Translations under genes and position numbers: made by a program
The notes under the pieces: model-generated
Told to the model about the DNA's origin: nothing
The model's database searches: none
Seen by the model: only the letters and a program-made list of their open reading frames with translations
Shown: in pieces, positions 53,701 through 64,000 of the stretch
Position numbering within the stretch: the first letter of the stretch is position 1
Layout of the letters: every line of letters begins with the position of its first letter
Assembly: GCF_004010195.1 (NCBI RefSeq)
Contig: NC_057753.1
Location: 13,133,446 to 13,197,445, forward strand
Source of the DNA: Chiloscyllium plagiosum
Taxonomy: Eukaryota
Direction: 5' to 3'
Length of the DNA: 64,000 bases

Positions 53701-54332
53701 TCATATGCACACACAAAAGGAAAATATTAATAGACAAACAAAATGCACAAATACCCTGTTATGGACCAGATCAAACCCCATCAAAATATATTTAGAAATT
53801 AACATGTATTCTAAGTATTCTGTATTTCAAGATTAATGAATGCATTACGATCCAGATGCAATCAGATTGGTGTAACTACTCGATTTTAGACAAGGTGCAT
53901 TTCATTTTTATGCTGCTCCTTCATCAGGTAACTCGTGGACTGGATCATGGGGCACAGAATTTACAATAGAAGATCAAAGTGTCATACAACTGATATGACT
54001 AGTTATCTGACGAAGAAAAAGTGCTCCCAAAGCTTGTACTTTCAAATAAACCTGTTAGGTTATAAGCTGGTATTGTATGATTTTAATTCTGTCCACCAAT
54101 GTACATCATTGGCACCTTGACATGCTGGTGAGAAAAAATTACTTTCAATTTCCAGAGAATTCCACTAGAGGGTGGTGCGTGTCTGTGGTAAATATTGAAC
54201 ATGATATCTGGAGTCAGAGTGATGTTACAGACAGAAAGCAGTTGTTAAAGTGAAACATTTGGTACAGAAAGACAAACAGATAGACATGACCAGAAGGTGG
54301 CTCTAAGTGAAACTTGAAGAGGGCGTTTTACT

Positions 54333-54680
54333 AGTTGTTAACACTTAATATTTTTCTCCTGGCTCTAAACGGAGCTCTGTGACAAGTGCTTAACTCCACA
54401 TTTCATGTAATTTGAAAATGTTTCAAATTTACAGAGTCCTTTTGTTTCTTCCCACAGATATTAAAGGTCAGAATAAGCATACATCAATGAAATATGAGGA
54501 AATTGGCCTTTCCTTTAACGTTAATCACATTTTACTAACAGTTACACAATCCAATTGTCACGAAAACGATGCACAAAAACCTACTATTCAATACCAGCTA
54601 TTGCTAATTTTGGTTTTTTTCCCATTTTTTCATTGGAAGCATTTCTGAGATTCCAGTCGCTGTGAATCAGTTAACTCAAT
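54333..54680 (+). pseudogene. Tentative very old V relic; partial direct paralogue at about 24634-24800
   Basis: Leader-like LLTLNIFLLALN, strong acceptor TTTTGTTTCTTCCCACAG, exon start DIKGQ, then YTIQL..RK and SISEIPVA in shifted frames. Confidence 0.35.
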
Positions 54681-55504
54681 ATTCTTCGTGGATTTAGTAA
54701 ATGTGAAAGAGAGTCGTTCAAGAAAATCAGGATTCCTCTTTACAACTGGAAGTAACACCAACACATTATCCCCAACTGCAAAATTACAAATTTGCTATTT
54801 CTTATCCACTTTTTGTTTCAATGTATGCTGTGATATTCTTAAATGCTGTCTAGCCAACGCCCCAGCTCTATTTAATCGTTCGCTAAAATTTGTCACAGAG
54901 GCCAAATGGGTGGTCTCTATATTCTAACTTATTAATTTCTCCTTAATCAATTTTAACCTCTTACTTCATACCGGAAATTTATTTCAAATGGACTGAATTG
55001 GAACTATTCATCCGTGCAGCTCTGAACACAAAAAGTACAAATAGAACTCCCTTATCCTAATCATCTGGATAATCCTGACCATAAGCCTGCAACATGGTCT
55101 ATAGGGTTGAATGCCTTCTCTCTAGCGTTCCCTGCCATTCTGGGTGGTACAGAGTAGATTGGAGTACCTTCATTCCCAAGTTATCCATAACCTCCTTGAA
55201 TAGTACGGATGTGAAGTTTGATCCTTGAGCTCACTGAATATCTATTGGCAGTCTGTATCTAGTTAGAAAAAATTAAGTAGTTCTTCTACACTCCTTTTTG
55301 AAGTGATGTTGCATAGTGGGATTACCTCTGGAAATCATTATTGTTAATACCTACCTATTTCCACTTTTTGTTTGAGGTAGGGGATCTACACAATCAATCA
55401 AGATTCTTGTGAAAGGTTCCTCAAATGCTGGAATAGGTATTGAAGGTATAGGTTTTATTACTGCCTGTCGTTTTGAGATTAGTTGACATGTATGACACAT
55501 CTGG

Positions 55505-55661
55505 ATTAGTGGTGCTGGAAGAGTGGTGCTTTATTCCTGATGAAGGGCTTTTGCCCGAAACGTCGATTTTACTGCTCCTCGGATGCTACCTGAACAGCTG
55601 TGCTCTTCCAGCACCACTAATCCAGAATCTGGTTTCCAGCATCTGCAGTCATTGTTTGTAC
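55505..55661 (+). mobile_element. Short Penelope-derived insertion with 5' inversion and about 18-bp target-site duplication
   Basis: Flanked by CATGTATGACACATCTGG (55487-55504) and CATTTATGACACATCTGG (55662-55679); 23-bp inverted repeat at 55501-55523 and 55603-55625. Confidence 0.8.
55533..55568 (+). ncRNA. Minimal hammerhead ribozyme motif
   Basis: AUUC-CUGAUGA-A-GGGC(UUUU)GCCC-GAAA-CG-UC-GAUU; predicted cleavage after C55564. Confidence 0.7.
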
Positions 55662-56281
55662 CATTTATGACACATCTGGCAAAATTCAACTGCAGCTTTG
55701 TGTAGTCGAGACTAGTGGAATGTCCTTGTATTTTAGCCTGTGGTTTCTTCACCACTAAATAACCTCCAAGTGGTAGCTCATGTGACACTTGCAGCACCTC
55801 CTTTTTTTACCCTACTAGCAAAGCAATTTGATGCATCTCTGCCCATTTCTCATCTGCTTGGCTGTATGGTGGTCTCCATTTTTCGTTAAGTAATAGCACA
55901 CAGGGATGCATTCACTCTCCTTCTCTGTAAATGACCTTTGATACAACTGCTTTAAGTTCTCATCTTTCTGCTGTAATTCAATAAGCTTAGCAGAGCTAAA
56001 GTTACTTGCATGTTTACTTGTTTTCTGCTTCTCTGTGCCATTTTTCTGATTAGAAAAGGTCTCGGATAACACTATGTCAGTTTCCATATTTGTGCCTTTT
56101 TATCCAACCTGCATCAGCTTGTGCATCTGTGATCTTGTGATCACACAATCAGGGAAAGGTCCTGGGTAAACATTCTCCATGCCTTCAGTTGCTTGCATCT
56201 TCATTGGCTTTTCAACCAGTGTAGGGATCCCAAAAGCGTGCTGATTAAAACACTGAAGTAGATAGATGCCACCATTCGTGA

Positions 56282-56320
56282 GTTTTTTGTTTAGGGTCTT
56301 AAGATCTACACAATGCTGGG
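56282..56320 (-). other. Inactivated 23-RSS
   Basis: Minus strand heptamer CCCAGCA (CAC lost), 23-nt spacer, ACAAAAAAC. Confidence 0.6.
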
Positions 56321-56862
56321 CCTCACTGCGCAGTAATGGACTGCCCAGTCTTCCACATTCAGGTTGTTTACATTGCGATAACCAGCTTTTGCAGATGTAT
56401 CAGTAAACAACAAGTCTTGTCGTGAAATTCCGGTTTCACATTTCTACTTCATTAACACTCCAGGTTGGAGGCTATTCCGTTGTCTTTCCTTATTACTGCT
56501 TGTTGCCAATATGCAGGGTTGTACATTCACACTATAACTTCACCGAATTCTCTCTTTGCACAGTTACTATCACTGGAGAGTGAGTTCATCTCTCTACACA
56601 TATATTACACCTGCGATGGTAGAGAAACTAAAGACTGGGTGGTAAAATGGAAATTATCTAAATCCGTGTCTTTTTTTATGATTGTATGCAAATATCCATT
56701 CATCGATCTGTCCATAATATGCTCACATCTGATCGCTTCATTCACCAGGTTCCATTAGAAATGAAGTATCCGTCTAGACTGAGTTGATTTCATTTAAATT
56801 CAATATAAATCTACACAGGCGTATTTACTCTCCAATCCAACCAGAAGTATAATCAGAAACGT
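56321..56862 (-). pseudogene. TCR V pseudogene not visible in the ORF track
   Basis: Leader (ACG)FLIILLVGLE with GTAAAT donor (56862-56829); acceptor at 56611; THSPVIVTVQRENSVKL*CEC... and FTDTSAKAGYRNVNNLNVEDWAVHYCAVR; stops and frameshifts. Confidence 0.8.
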
Positions 56863-58282
56863 GTTTGAGGGAATTTGTGGCAGTGAAGTGCCCGATGAGA
56901 AGCTGAATAGGGTGAAAGAAGAATTGAGCACCTCTTTCGAAGACTTTCAGCTGGAAAAGATCAAAGGTTCTCAGTCCATATAGAAGATTGGATGATCCTG
57001 AATCAGAACGTTATCCAGCGCAGAAACAGATCCTTCCATCCAATTCGTACATGCTGACCAGATATTTTGAACTGATCTTGTCCCATTTGCCTGAATTAGG
57101 CCCATATCCCTCTGAATACTTCCTATTCATGTATCTATCTGCATGTCTTTTAAATGCAATTGTACTCGCCTCCACTACTACCTCTGCCAGCACTTTCCAT
57201 TGCATGCGACCTCCTCTGCATGGAACAGTCCCTTTCAAATCCTTCTAGCTCACCTTCATACCTCTTCAAATTCCATGTTTTTCGTCACTTGAAGAAGGAG
57301 TACGTGCACAAACATCGAGATTCAAACCTCATTCTTTCTGCTCCATCTGTTCTATTCACAATTGACAGCTACCACACAATTGGCCTTTGTGTCTGCACTA
57401 TTCGTGACCACAGCATCCGTGAGTTGTTCTCATTTTGTCTGTTGGGAAAATTGTGGCCGCTATTGCACTGCTGTCATTAGTTGGAATGGAAGTGCAGTGG
57501 AACTAAGAATCCAACAGAGTTTCTTCCGTCTGTACATATCTAAATAGACAAACCTACATTCACACATTGCCTTGAGATGCTCAAAGTTTAAGTCCAGGCA
57601 CTTCGACCGCATCACATTGACCAGAGTAATTTCAAAGTGTCAAACTCATTTGTTCTAAATAAATAATCTTCTGCCATAAATACTAAATCAAGATCACACA
57701 GGCAAGACTATAATCTATTTACTGTTCTGATTTCCTTTTAGATGTCATTGATGTTAATTCATCTTAACATGTTGTCCAATCTGACCATTCGTCAGAACTG
57801 AAGGGAAATATAAAATGATGATTTTTGAGTGTTGTCGGAAGGTGGGGGAAGAAGAAGGTAAGAACTTTTTTCTGCATTTTTCAACCGTCATAGGTCAATG
57901 CTGAGTCCCACAATTTGAGGAAAACCAAGAAACATCAAGCAGGTCTTTTTTGTGTCTGTAAATGGAATTGAAACAATGAGGATATCGTTCTGAAGAAGAC
58001 TCATTCTGCGCCAGAAACATGAACTCTATTTCTTTCTTGCCATATGTTTTTCTAACGCACTAGGCTTCTCCAGCATCCTCTCTATTAAAATGTCTTAAAA
58101 TATTCCTTTAATTTCTTACATCGTTTTGCCTTTGCTCTCAGAGGAACTGATACATGTGGTCTATTTTTATAGGTGTCATTAAAATATAATTTCCTTCTCA
58201 ATGTCCATGTTATTATAGTTGATACTTTCGTCGTCGTGTGTTCTGGGCGGCCTCACAACATGTTGCATGAAGTCTTCTTCCC

Positions 58283-58433
58283 NNNNNNNNNNNNNNNNNN
58301 NNNNNNNNNNNNNNNNNNNNNNNNNNNNNNNNNNNNNNNNNNNNNNNNNNNNNNNNNNNNNNNNNNNNNNNNNNNNNNNNNNNNNNNNNNNNNNNNNNNN
58401 NNNNNNNNNNNNNNNNNNNNNNNNNNNNNNNNN
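58283..58433. other. Assembly gap (N-run)
   Basis: Run of n characters. Confidence 1.
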
Positions 58434-60166
58434 TGAACCCAAGGATATCCAAACCATTTTAGTCACAATTAAGTAATTTTTTTCATTTGTAATGTTGGAA
58501 ATGCAAAATCAATGGTGAGCAAAGTGTGATTCCACAAAAGAAAATCGAGCAGCAATCTGTTTTCAGTTCTAACATATGATGGACAAATGTTGGACGACAA
58601 GGATAAACTTTTTTTTTACTAGAATACCAGCAGTGAAGTACTAAACACTCCAAATCAGAGATTGAAAACACTCAGTGGTTTAGCGTCTCATTCAGAAAGA
58701 CAGCGCGTCTGATAGCTTGTCATTCCTTTAGCATTTGCAACAGGTAAGTGTGGACGCTGGTCTATGGGCATCACAATTCTGACTCGGTGAACGCACTACA
58801 TCTGACACCAGGCAGAAAGAGGGGGAGAATGCTGATCAATCATTCATTCCAAGCTATGTGTTTTTTTTCTCACTGTTTTATGCAACCAATATCCCAGGCA
58901 AAGGAAAAAGTTAACATTTTCTGCAGCTCCTTTCTGAAATTGGTCTGGGCAACTGTCTATATGAAGATATTGTTGGAAGAACAGAGCAACTGGAACATGC
59001 TAGTCTTCTTTTGAAAGATGCATTGTGAGTCAGTGATATGCAGGCTGCTGAAGTAAACCTTAACTGTAAATTGGACATAAAGGGAAACCAAGCATGCGTG
59101 ATCCACAGGCAGAGCAAGCTGAGAGATTGTAAAGAACAACGAACGTCTTGCAGTTGGGCACCACTGGGTGTCTGCCAATCTCAATAACTCAGAATCTCTT
59201 ACGGGGTCAGCGAGCCACTAGATTACATGTTACAGGCAGGGCATTGAGTCGGAAAATGAAAGGCAGAAATGAGTTTAATAAATGGTCCAGCCAGTCATAG
59301 ACCTGCCAGGCAGGTAACCTATGGAAAGTTGATTTGATGTCACAGAACCAGGGTACTCCATCCAACAAGTTCAGTGGCTGGTGGATTAAATGGAAAGGAA
59401 TGGTCCAAAGCACAGACTATTCATATGACCAGCAATTCAGTTTTCTCAGTGTAACACTTGATCTTCAGATTTTGCAGCAGATGGTCACAAAGCAGTCCAT
59501 GATGAATGGCACTTTCAACAACACTGAACAACATGAGCAACAAAAACTAGCACAGTTCTAAATCTACACCCAGCGGTGGTAGAAAGCAGACTATACCTAA
59601 AGTAGAGGCGGGTGACCCGGTCTTGCATGACTGCTATGATCATGACAAGGAAATCTGACACTGCTATCGTCACGAGGTAGTAGGTAATGCACTGAAAATG
59701 TCCACACTATTTTCAGCATAGGATTGCACAATCACCACTAAGTTGTTTATGAGGGATAAAAACAGAGATTTCTCTTACAAAGCAGGCTTAAACCACCAAC
59801 CATTGCCTGACTCAAGCTATTATTGAAACTATCCAGATGTGTCTATTTGCCAGCTCCAAAGTTAATGCTAATTAATCCACACCGCATGCTCAATTGAACA
59901 TTTCCAAATGCAGGTATCGTTGCAAATATTGATTCACACAGCATCCGCTGTATGATCCGCTCAGTCAATCCAACTTAGTGCTAAAAAGATTTAGCTCAGT
60001 TATACTTGCTCATTGCTGAGTATGGCAATATGGCTATTCGGGCTTTTTTTTAACTGGCACAGACAATCAAAGGAAATGCGAACTGATGTAGTATTAAGCT
60101 AGTTTAAGCTAGCTCTGATTGTTGATGTGACTTTTATATCTGGTTACTGGAGCAATAGGAAGTAGT

Positions 60167-60490
60167 GGTGGCCCGGTGGCTCTCAGGGCCAGGGACCTGG
60201 GTTTGATTCCAACCTTGGGTGACTGGCTGTGTGGAGTTTGCACATTCTAGACGTGTCTGCGTGTGTTTCCCCTGACTGCCCTGGTTTCCTGCCACAATCT
60301 AAAGATGTGAAGATTAGGTGTATCAGCCATGACAAATTGCCCATAAGGTTCAGGCATGTGTAGGCATAATGCAGTAGTCAAGGGGTGATAATAGGCTTGG
60401 GCAATGGGTCTCGGTGCATTACTCTTTGGAGGGTCAGTGTGGACTTGTTAGGCTGAAGGGCCTGTTTCCACACTGTAGCTATTCTATGAA
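60167..60490 (+). mobile_element. HE1/V-SINE-type SINE
   Basis: TGTGTGGAGTTTGCACATTCT...GTGTCTGCGTG...AAAGATGTG core and GAAGGGCCTGTTTCCACACTGTAG tail. Confidence 0.85.
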
Positions 60491-61830
60491 GTACAACATC
60501 AAAACTTTTTGTAGGACTGTTGAAGTAGAAATTGATGACACACTAAAATAAACGTTGAACACAAATATTCACCCTTGTTCTGATGGAGTTCACATGTACA
60601 CATAGTCCATAATTCACATTTTGGCTCATTGACAACAGGAATGTTGGAATGACGAATTGGTTTTTGTTCTGTATAAATAACTTTACAATGGCTACTAGGT
60701 TGTGCTACTCATTTCGATTTGAACTTGCGGTTTACCTATTTTGTTGCAAGTGTATTGGGCATTCAGATCTAGAGGCACTTAACGAGTTATAGGTTTTTGT
60801 TTATCTTCTAGTCATTTCTCTTAATTTCCTCTTAGATTTGTGCTCTCCTCACCCTTATGTCAGGGCCAAGTTGTCATTTTGTCACACTCTTCCACTCTTC
60901 AATTTACTGCACTCTCCGAAATTTCATTAATTAACCTGCATCATTTAGTTTCAAATCTTCTCGACCTTCCTGGTTTTGTAAATTCACATCAACAAAGCAA
61001 CCAGCACCACACAGCTTAATGTGGCCTCATTTTTGCAAATACAACATTCACCAGTACCAGTGCTGCTGCATGACTTCTCCTTCAGCAATCATTCAGAAAA
61101 TCACTCATCTCTCTAACTTAACTTTTTTCTATTTCCACATGGTTCAGTAATATACCAAAGGCTCGATACGAACTTGGACATTCAGCTTCATAATTTCGTA
61201 CTTCGTACAGATTTCAAACAGCCTCTTCCATTTATCCACCTGCGCCATTTGTACATTAGTGCAAGGATGGGATCCTCTCCTTCGAGATCCTCTCCGTCAC
61301 AATTCACATTCCTCTCCCTTAGATGACGTACTAAAATCTGGCACACTCAGACAGCATATAAGATACTGAAGGGGATCGATACAGCAGATAAAGAGAGGAA
61401 GTATATTCTTATTGAGGAATCTAAAACGGAGGGGGCATATTAATGAAAAGGGCAGTCCCATTCTTTAGAGATTTGAGGGAGGACTTATTTTCTTTGAGGG
61501 TCATTATTCTTTGTGATTCTGTTTCCCTCAGTACAAAGCCATCCAATTCATAGTGGCGAGATAAAGCGTGAACGAGATGGAATCTCTGAAGTTGTGAGGT
61601 AGAGCAAATGGTGAGGAAGACACAAACAATCAAGCTATAGATTGGAGACAGCCAACCATATTTATTCCTAATGTAACAGTGACTGAAGAACCAGCCAATT
61701 GCAACTGGAAGTCATACCGCCGGGTTTTTCAGTAAGAAAAGCCTGCTTTTGAAATGCGATCAGTCACTGATATAAGACTATAAAAGCCATCGTTTTACAC
61801 AACGTATTATTTGCTGTTGAACTACGTACC

Positions 61831-62230
61831 ATGTATACTCTGTATTATACACTGAAACTCATGGCTATGCTGCTCGGTGCGTCTGAGCTGAAACCGTCAT
61901 TACATGTTTCATTGCTTTTTGCTGCACACATCTTTTTGATCCATTTTTTATCCATGATTCAGTTTTCCAGGATCCGTTTCAGTTTGACTTCATGAAGGAC
62001 AGGCTCTAAAACTGAACTGTAGCGACACAACAGAATCCTCGAATCCATCCAGTATCCCAAGGAAACTCTTGAGTTATTTGCTGAGGTGATCTAAAGGGGA
62101 AAGGGAGACAGGTCTCCAGAGTTTTCTGAGCAGCTTGCTCTAATTTGGACGAAGACGAGCAAAGAGTTCCTTTCAATATCGCCCAGTTCTTGTCTCTGAC
62201 TCTGCCGCCTATTACTGCACACTGCTGCCC
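61831..62230 (+). pseudogene. TCR V pseudogene, paralogue of 19466-19909
   Basis: Leader MYTLYYTLKLMAMLL; original acceptor deleted; DSVFQDPFQF...LKLNCS...VSDSAAYYCTL; frameshifts; heptamer lost. Confidence 0.78.
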
Positions 62231-62826
62231 ATGTTGCTGTAGAGGTGCAGTCAAACAATAGACAACTCTTACCTCCACCCATGCACAGATTCTGATCTGC
62301 GTTATGAATTGCTAACATAGTCAAAACTCACAAAAGCCACTTTTTCCAACGATTTCTTTCTGTGTTACGTTCTGTGCAAAACCCTGTGCAATAGCTGTTG
62401 TATGTATTATTCGTGGCGCAACTCATTGCAAGACAGACTCGGAAATTAAGACAGCGACCAAATTCGTTCTTGCACATCAGTACCCTCACTCAAAGATTGG
62501 CACTTCAAAGAACCATGCTTTGAGTTGATATCTCTCTTGTTATTTTCTTGTATCCCAGAGAGCCGTCATTTTTGGTTTCTTTCAGAATGATGTTGACAGA
62601 GTTGTGATCTTCGATTATGCAAGATCTTGGATGCGCTGTAAATCAAAAATATCCGATTGAAAGGCAGAGCAGTCTAAAGGGCCACATAGCCTTCTGCAAC
62701 TCCCACTCTGCGTGCATGCGACTAACTCTGTGTAGTCATTGACAGTAAAATAGAGGCTTTGTCAGCTGATTGTGTGTCACAGCGTGTCTGCGTCAGCTAT
62801 GAATCAATCGTCATCGAATCCGGACG

Positions 62827-62834
62827 TGACGTCT
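62827..62834. promoter_or_regulatory. CRE-like element upstream of the 62957 V gene
   Basis: TGACGTCT about 130 bp before the ATG; the pseudogene paralogue has TGACATGG at about 20507. Confidence 0.4.
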
Positions 62835-62956
62835 TCCCAATTTTCATTTGAAACCGGTCAGCTTCAGTTTCTTCTATTCAAACCCACAATTGACTCTGAG
62901 CTGATACCATTCATTTATAGCTCGCTCTGTTTAAACCCTCTAACTTCTCTTTAAGC

Positions 62957-63462
62957 ATGTCTCTTCATATTACTTACTTATTCGTAACCGTAACAGTTCT
63001 CTTAAGTGGTAAGTTGCTGAGTTTTAAAACGTACGCAATATGGGATCAGCAATCTCCCCTTCAGCTGTTTTTCACTGTATTATGATACATGTCTTTAATT
63101 TGAAAATAGTTATGATAATCGTCCATTAAATTCATTTTTTTCTAAATTTCAGTCGGCGTTAATTGTGCAGACCATGTCTCACAGAAGCCGGTTACAATAG
63201 CGCAGATTGAAGGAGATTCGGTGACTATTCATTTCAGCTATTCAACCACTGCTGATTCATATTCCTTACAATTGTACCGCCAAGATCCGGGTACACCTCC
63301 GACATTCTTGATCTACATCCCTAAATACGGAAATGTCTTCAAAGCAAAAGACGTTGGCGATCGATTTTCTGCATCTCTGAACACTTCCAGTACGGAGGGG
63401 AATTTTACCATCAGCAGACTTCAGCTGTCTGACAGCGCGATGTATTACTGTGCGCTGAGAGA
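62957..63462 (+). CDS. TRAV: TCR alpha/delta-type V segment with open spliced ORF but non-canonical Ig core (exon1 62957-63008, exon2 63153-63462)
   Basis: MSLHITYLFVTVTVLLS-VGVNCADHVSQKPVTIAQIEGDSVTIHFSYSTTADSYSLQLYRQDPG...LQLSDSAMYYCALR; Cys23 is Phe (TTC 63233) and Trp41 is Leu (TTG 63272); no stops. Confidence 0.82.
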
Positions 63463-63501
63463 CACAGTGACTGGAAGTAGAGGGAGTCTCGTACATAAAC
63501 A
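63463..63501 (+). other. 23-bp-spacer RSS
   Basis: CACAGTG 63463-63469; 23 nt; ACATAAACA 63493-63501. Confidence 0.9.
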
Positions 63502-64000
63502 CCGCCCCAATGTAACAAAGTGCAAAGTGTGAATGGTATAGTTGGGGGGACAGTCGGAAATAACACTTACTTCCCCAATTTATACAAGAATTCACTGAAT
63601 TCAAATGAACCAAAGCAATTAATAAGGCGACAGCATTGGGGCAGGTGTGTTGTCCTCAGATGATATCGAATACATTTTGAATAAAATGCAAATATGTGAT
63701 TAGCGAATCTATCCCATTCTGAAAATTAAATTCATTGTAATCGAATGACTGTCAAAAATATTCCAACCGGTAAAGAAGGTGTATAGAACAGAACATGAGG
63801 CAAAAGCTACTAAATTGTGTGGATGCGGAGGAAAATGAAAACTGTACCTACAGTCTTATGTGGAATATCTAGATTTGCAAGAGAATTTTTATTAATCTCA
63901 AAGGTATATTTTCAATTCCGCTTTTGTCCACGGGCTGGTTTCTGATCATCCAAGGTACATTTTGGGAAATTGGAGCTCAATATTCCTGTGAAGCAGATTA

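Larger units (their letters stand above)
54820..56230 (-). mobile_element. Second Gmr1-like Gypsy fragment (pre-integrase and integrase region)
   Basis: SSAKLIELQQKDENLKQLYQ...ECIPVCYYL and HELPLGGYLVVKKPQAKI match the same region at about 600-900. Confidence 0.8.

Noticed and set aside
54573-54581. Perfect nonamer ACAAAAACC
   Set aside because: No CAC heptamer at 12 or 23 nt spacing.
57362-57900. Leader-like stretch with GTGAGT and a downstream VVQSD...TEGK...FEC
   Set aside because: Wrong intron phase and no FR3 or RSS; needs a profile search.
1-64000. NAR-TCR, TAILV or IgHV segments, D/J/C exons, or germline-joined V(D)J
   Set aside because: All clear V genes end in TCRalpha/delta-like Y(Y/F)CA(L/M/V) followed by an unrearranged RSS; no WGxG/FGxG J motifs or C-domain exons were recognised.

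Overview
Eukaryotic, repeat-rich DNA from a cartilaginous fish. The shark-type SINE, CR1 and Penelope repeats suggest a carpet-shark-like species, but that is inference. The window is part of a T-cell receptor alpha/delta variable (V) gene cluster. Four V segments have open spliced reading frames (leader exon, V exon, 3' RSS): 10053-10531(+), 22180-23568(-), 43644-44123(-) and 62957-63462(+). At least seven more are pseudogenes or relics, plus weaker ghosts. No D, J or C segments were seen. The V genes lie in both orientations. About 7.6-45.3 kb forms an old, imperfect inverted duplication centred at about 24.2-25.55 kb, and 18.3-21.6 kb is repeated directly at 60.7-64 kb. The most notable observation is a V family (two paralogues, one with an intact ORF, RSS and a frame-preserving shifted splice acceptor) that lacks both the canonical first Cys and the FR2 Trp of the Ig fold. 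Other observations: a V family with a conserved 24-bp RSS spacer; an RSS shortened to a 12-type-like geometry; three deletions in the right palindrome arm that each remove or disable V genes; Penelope-type minimal hammerhead ribozyme motifs; and Gmr1-type Gypsy relics. All coordinates and alignments were read by eye. No database search or computed identity was available.
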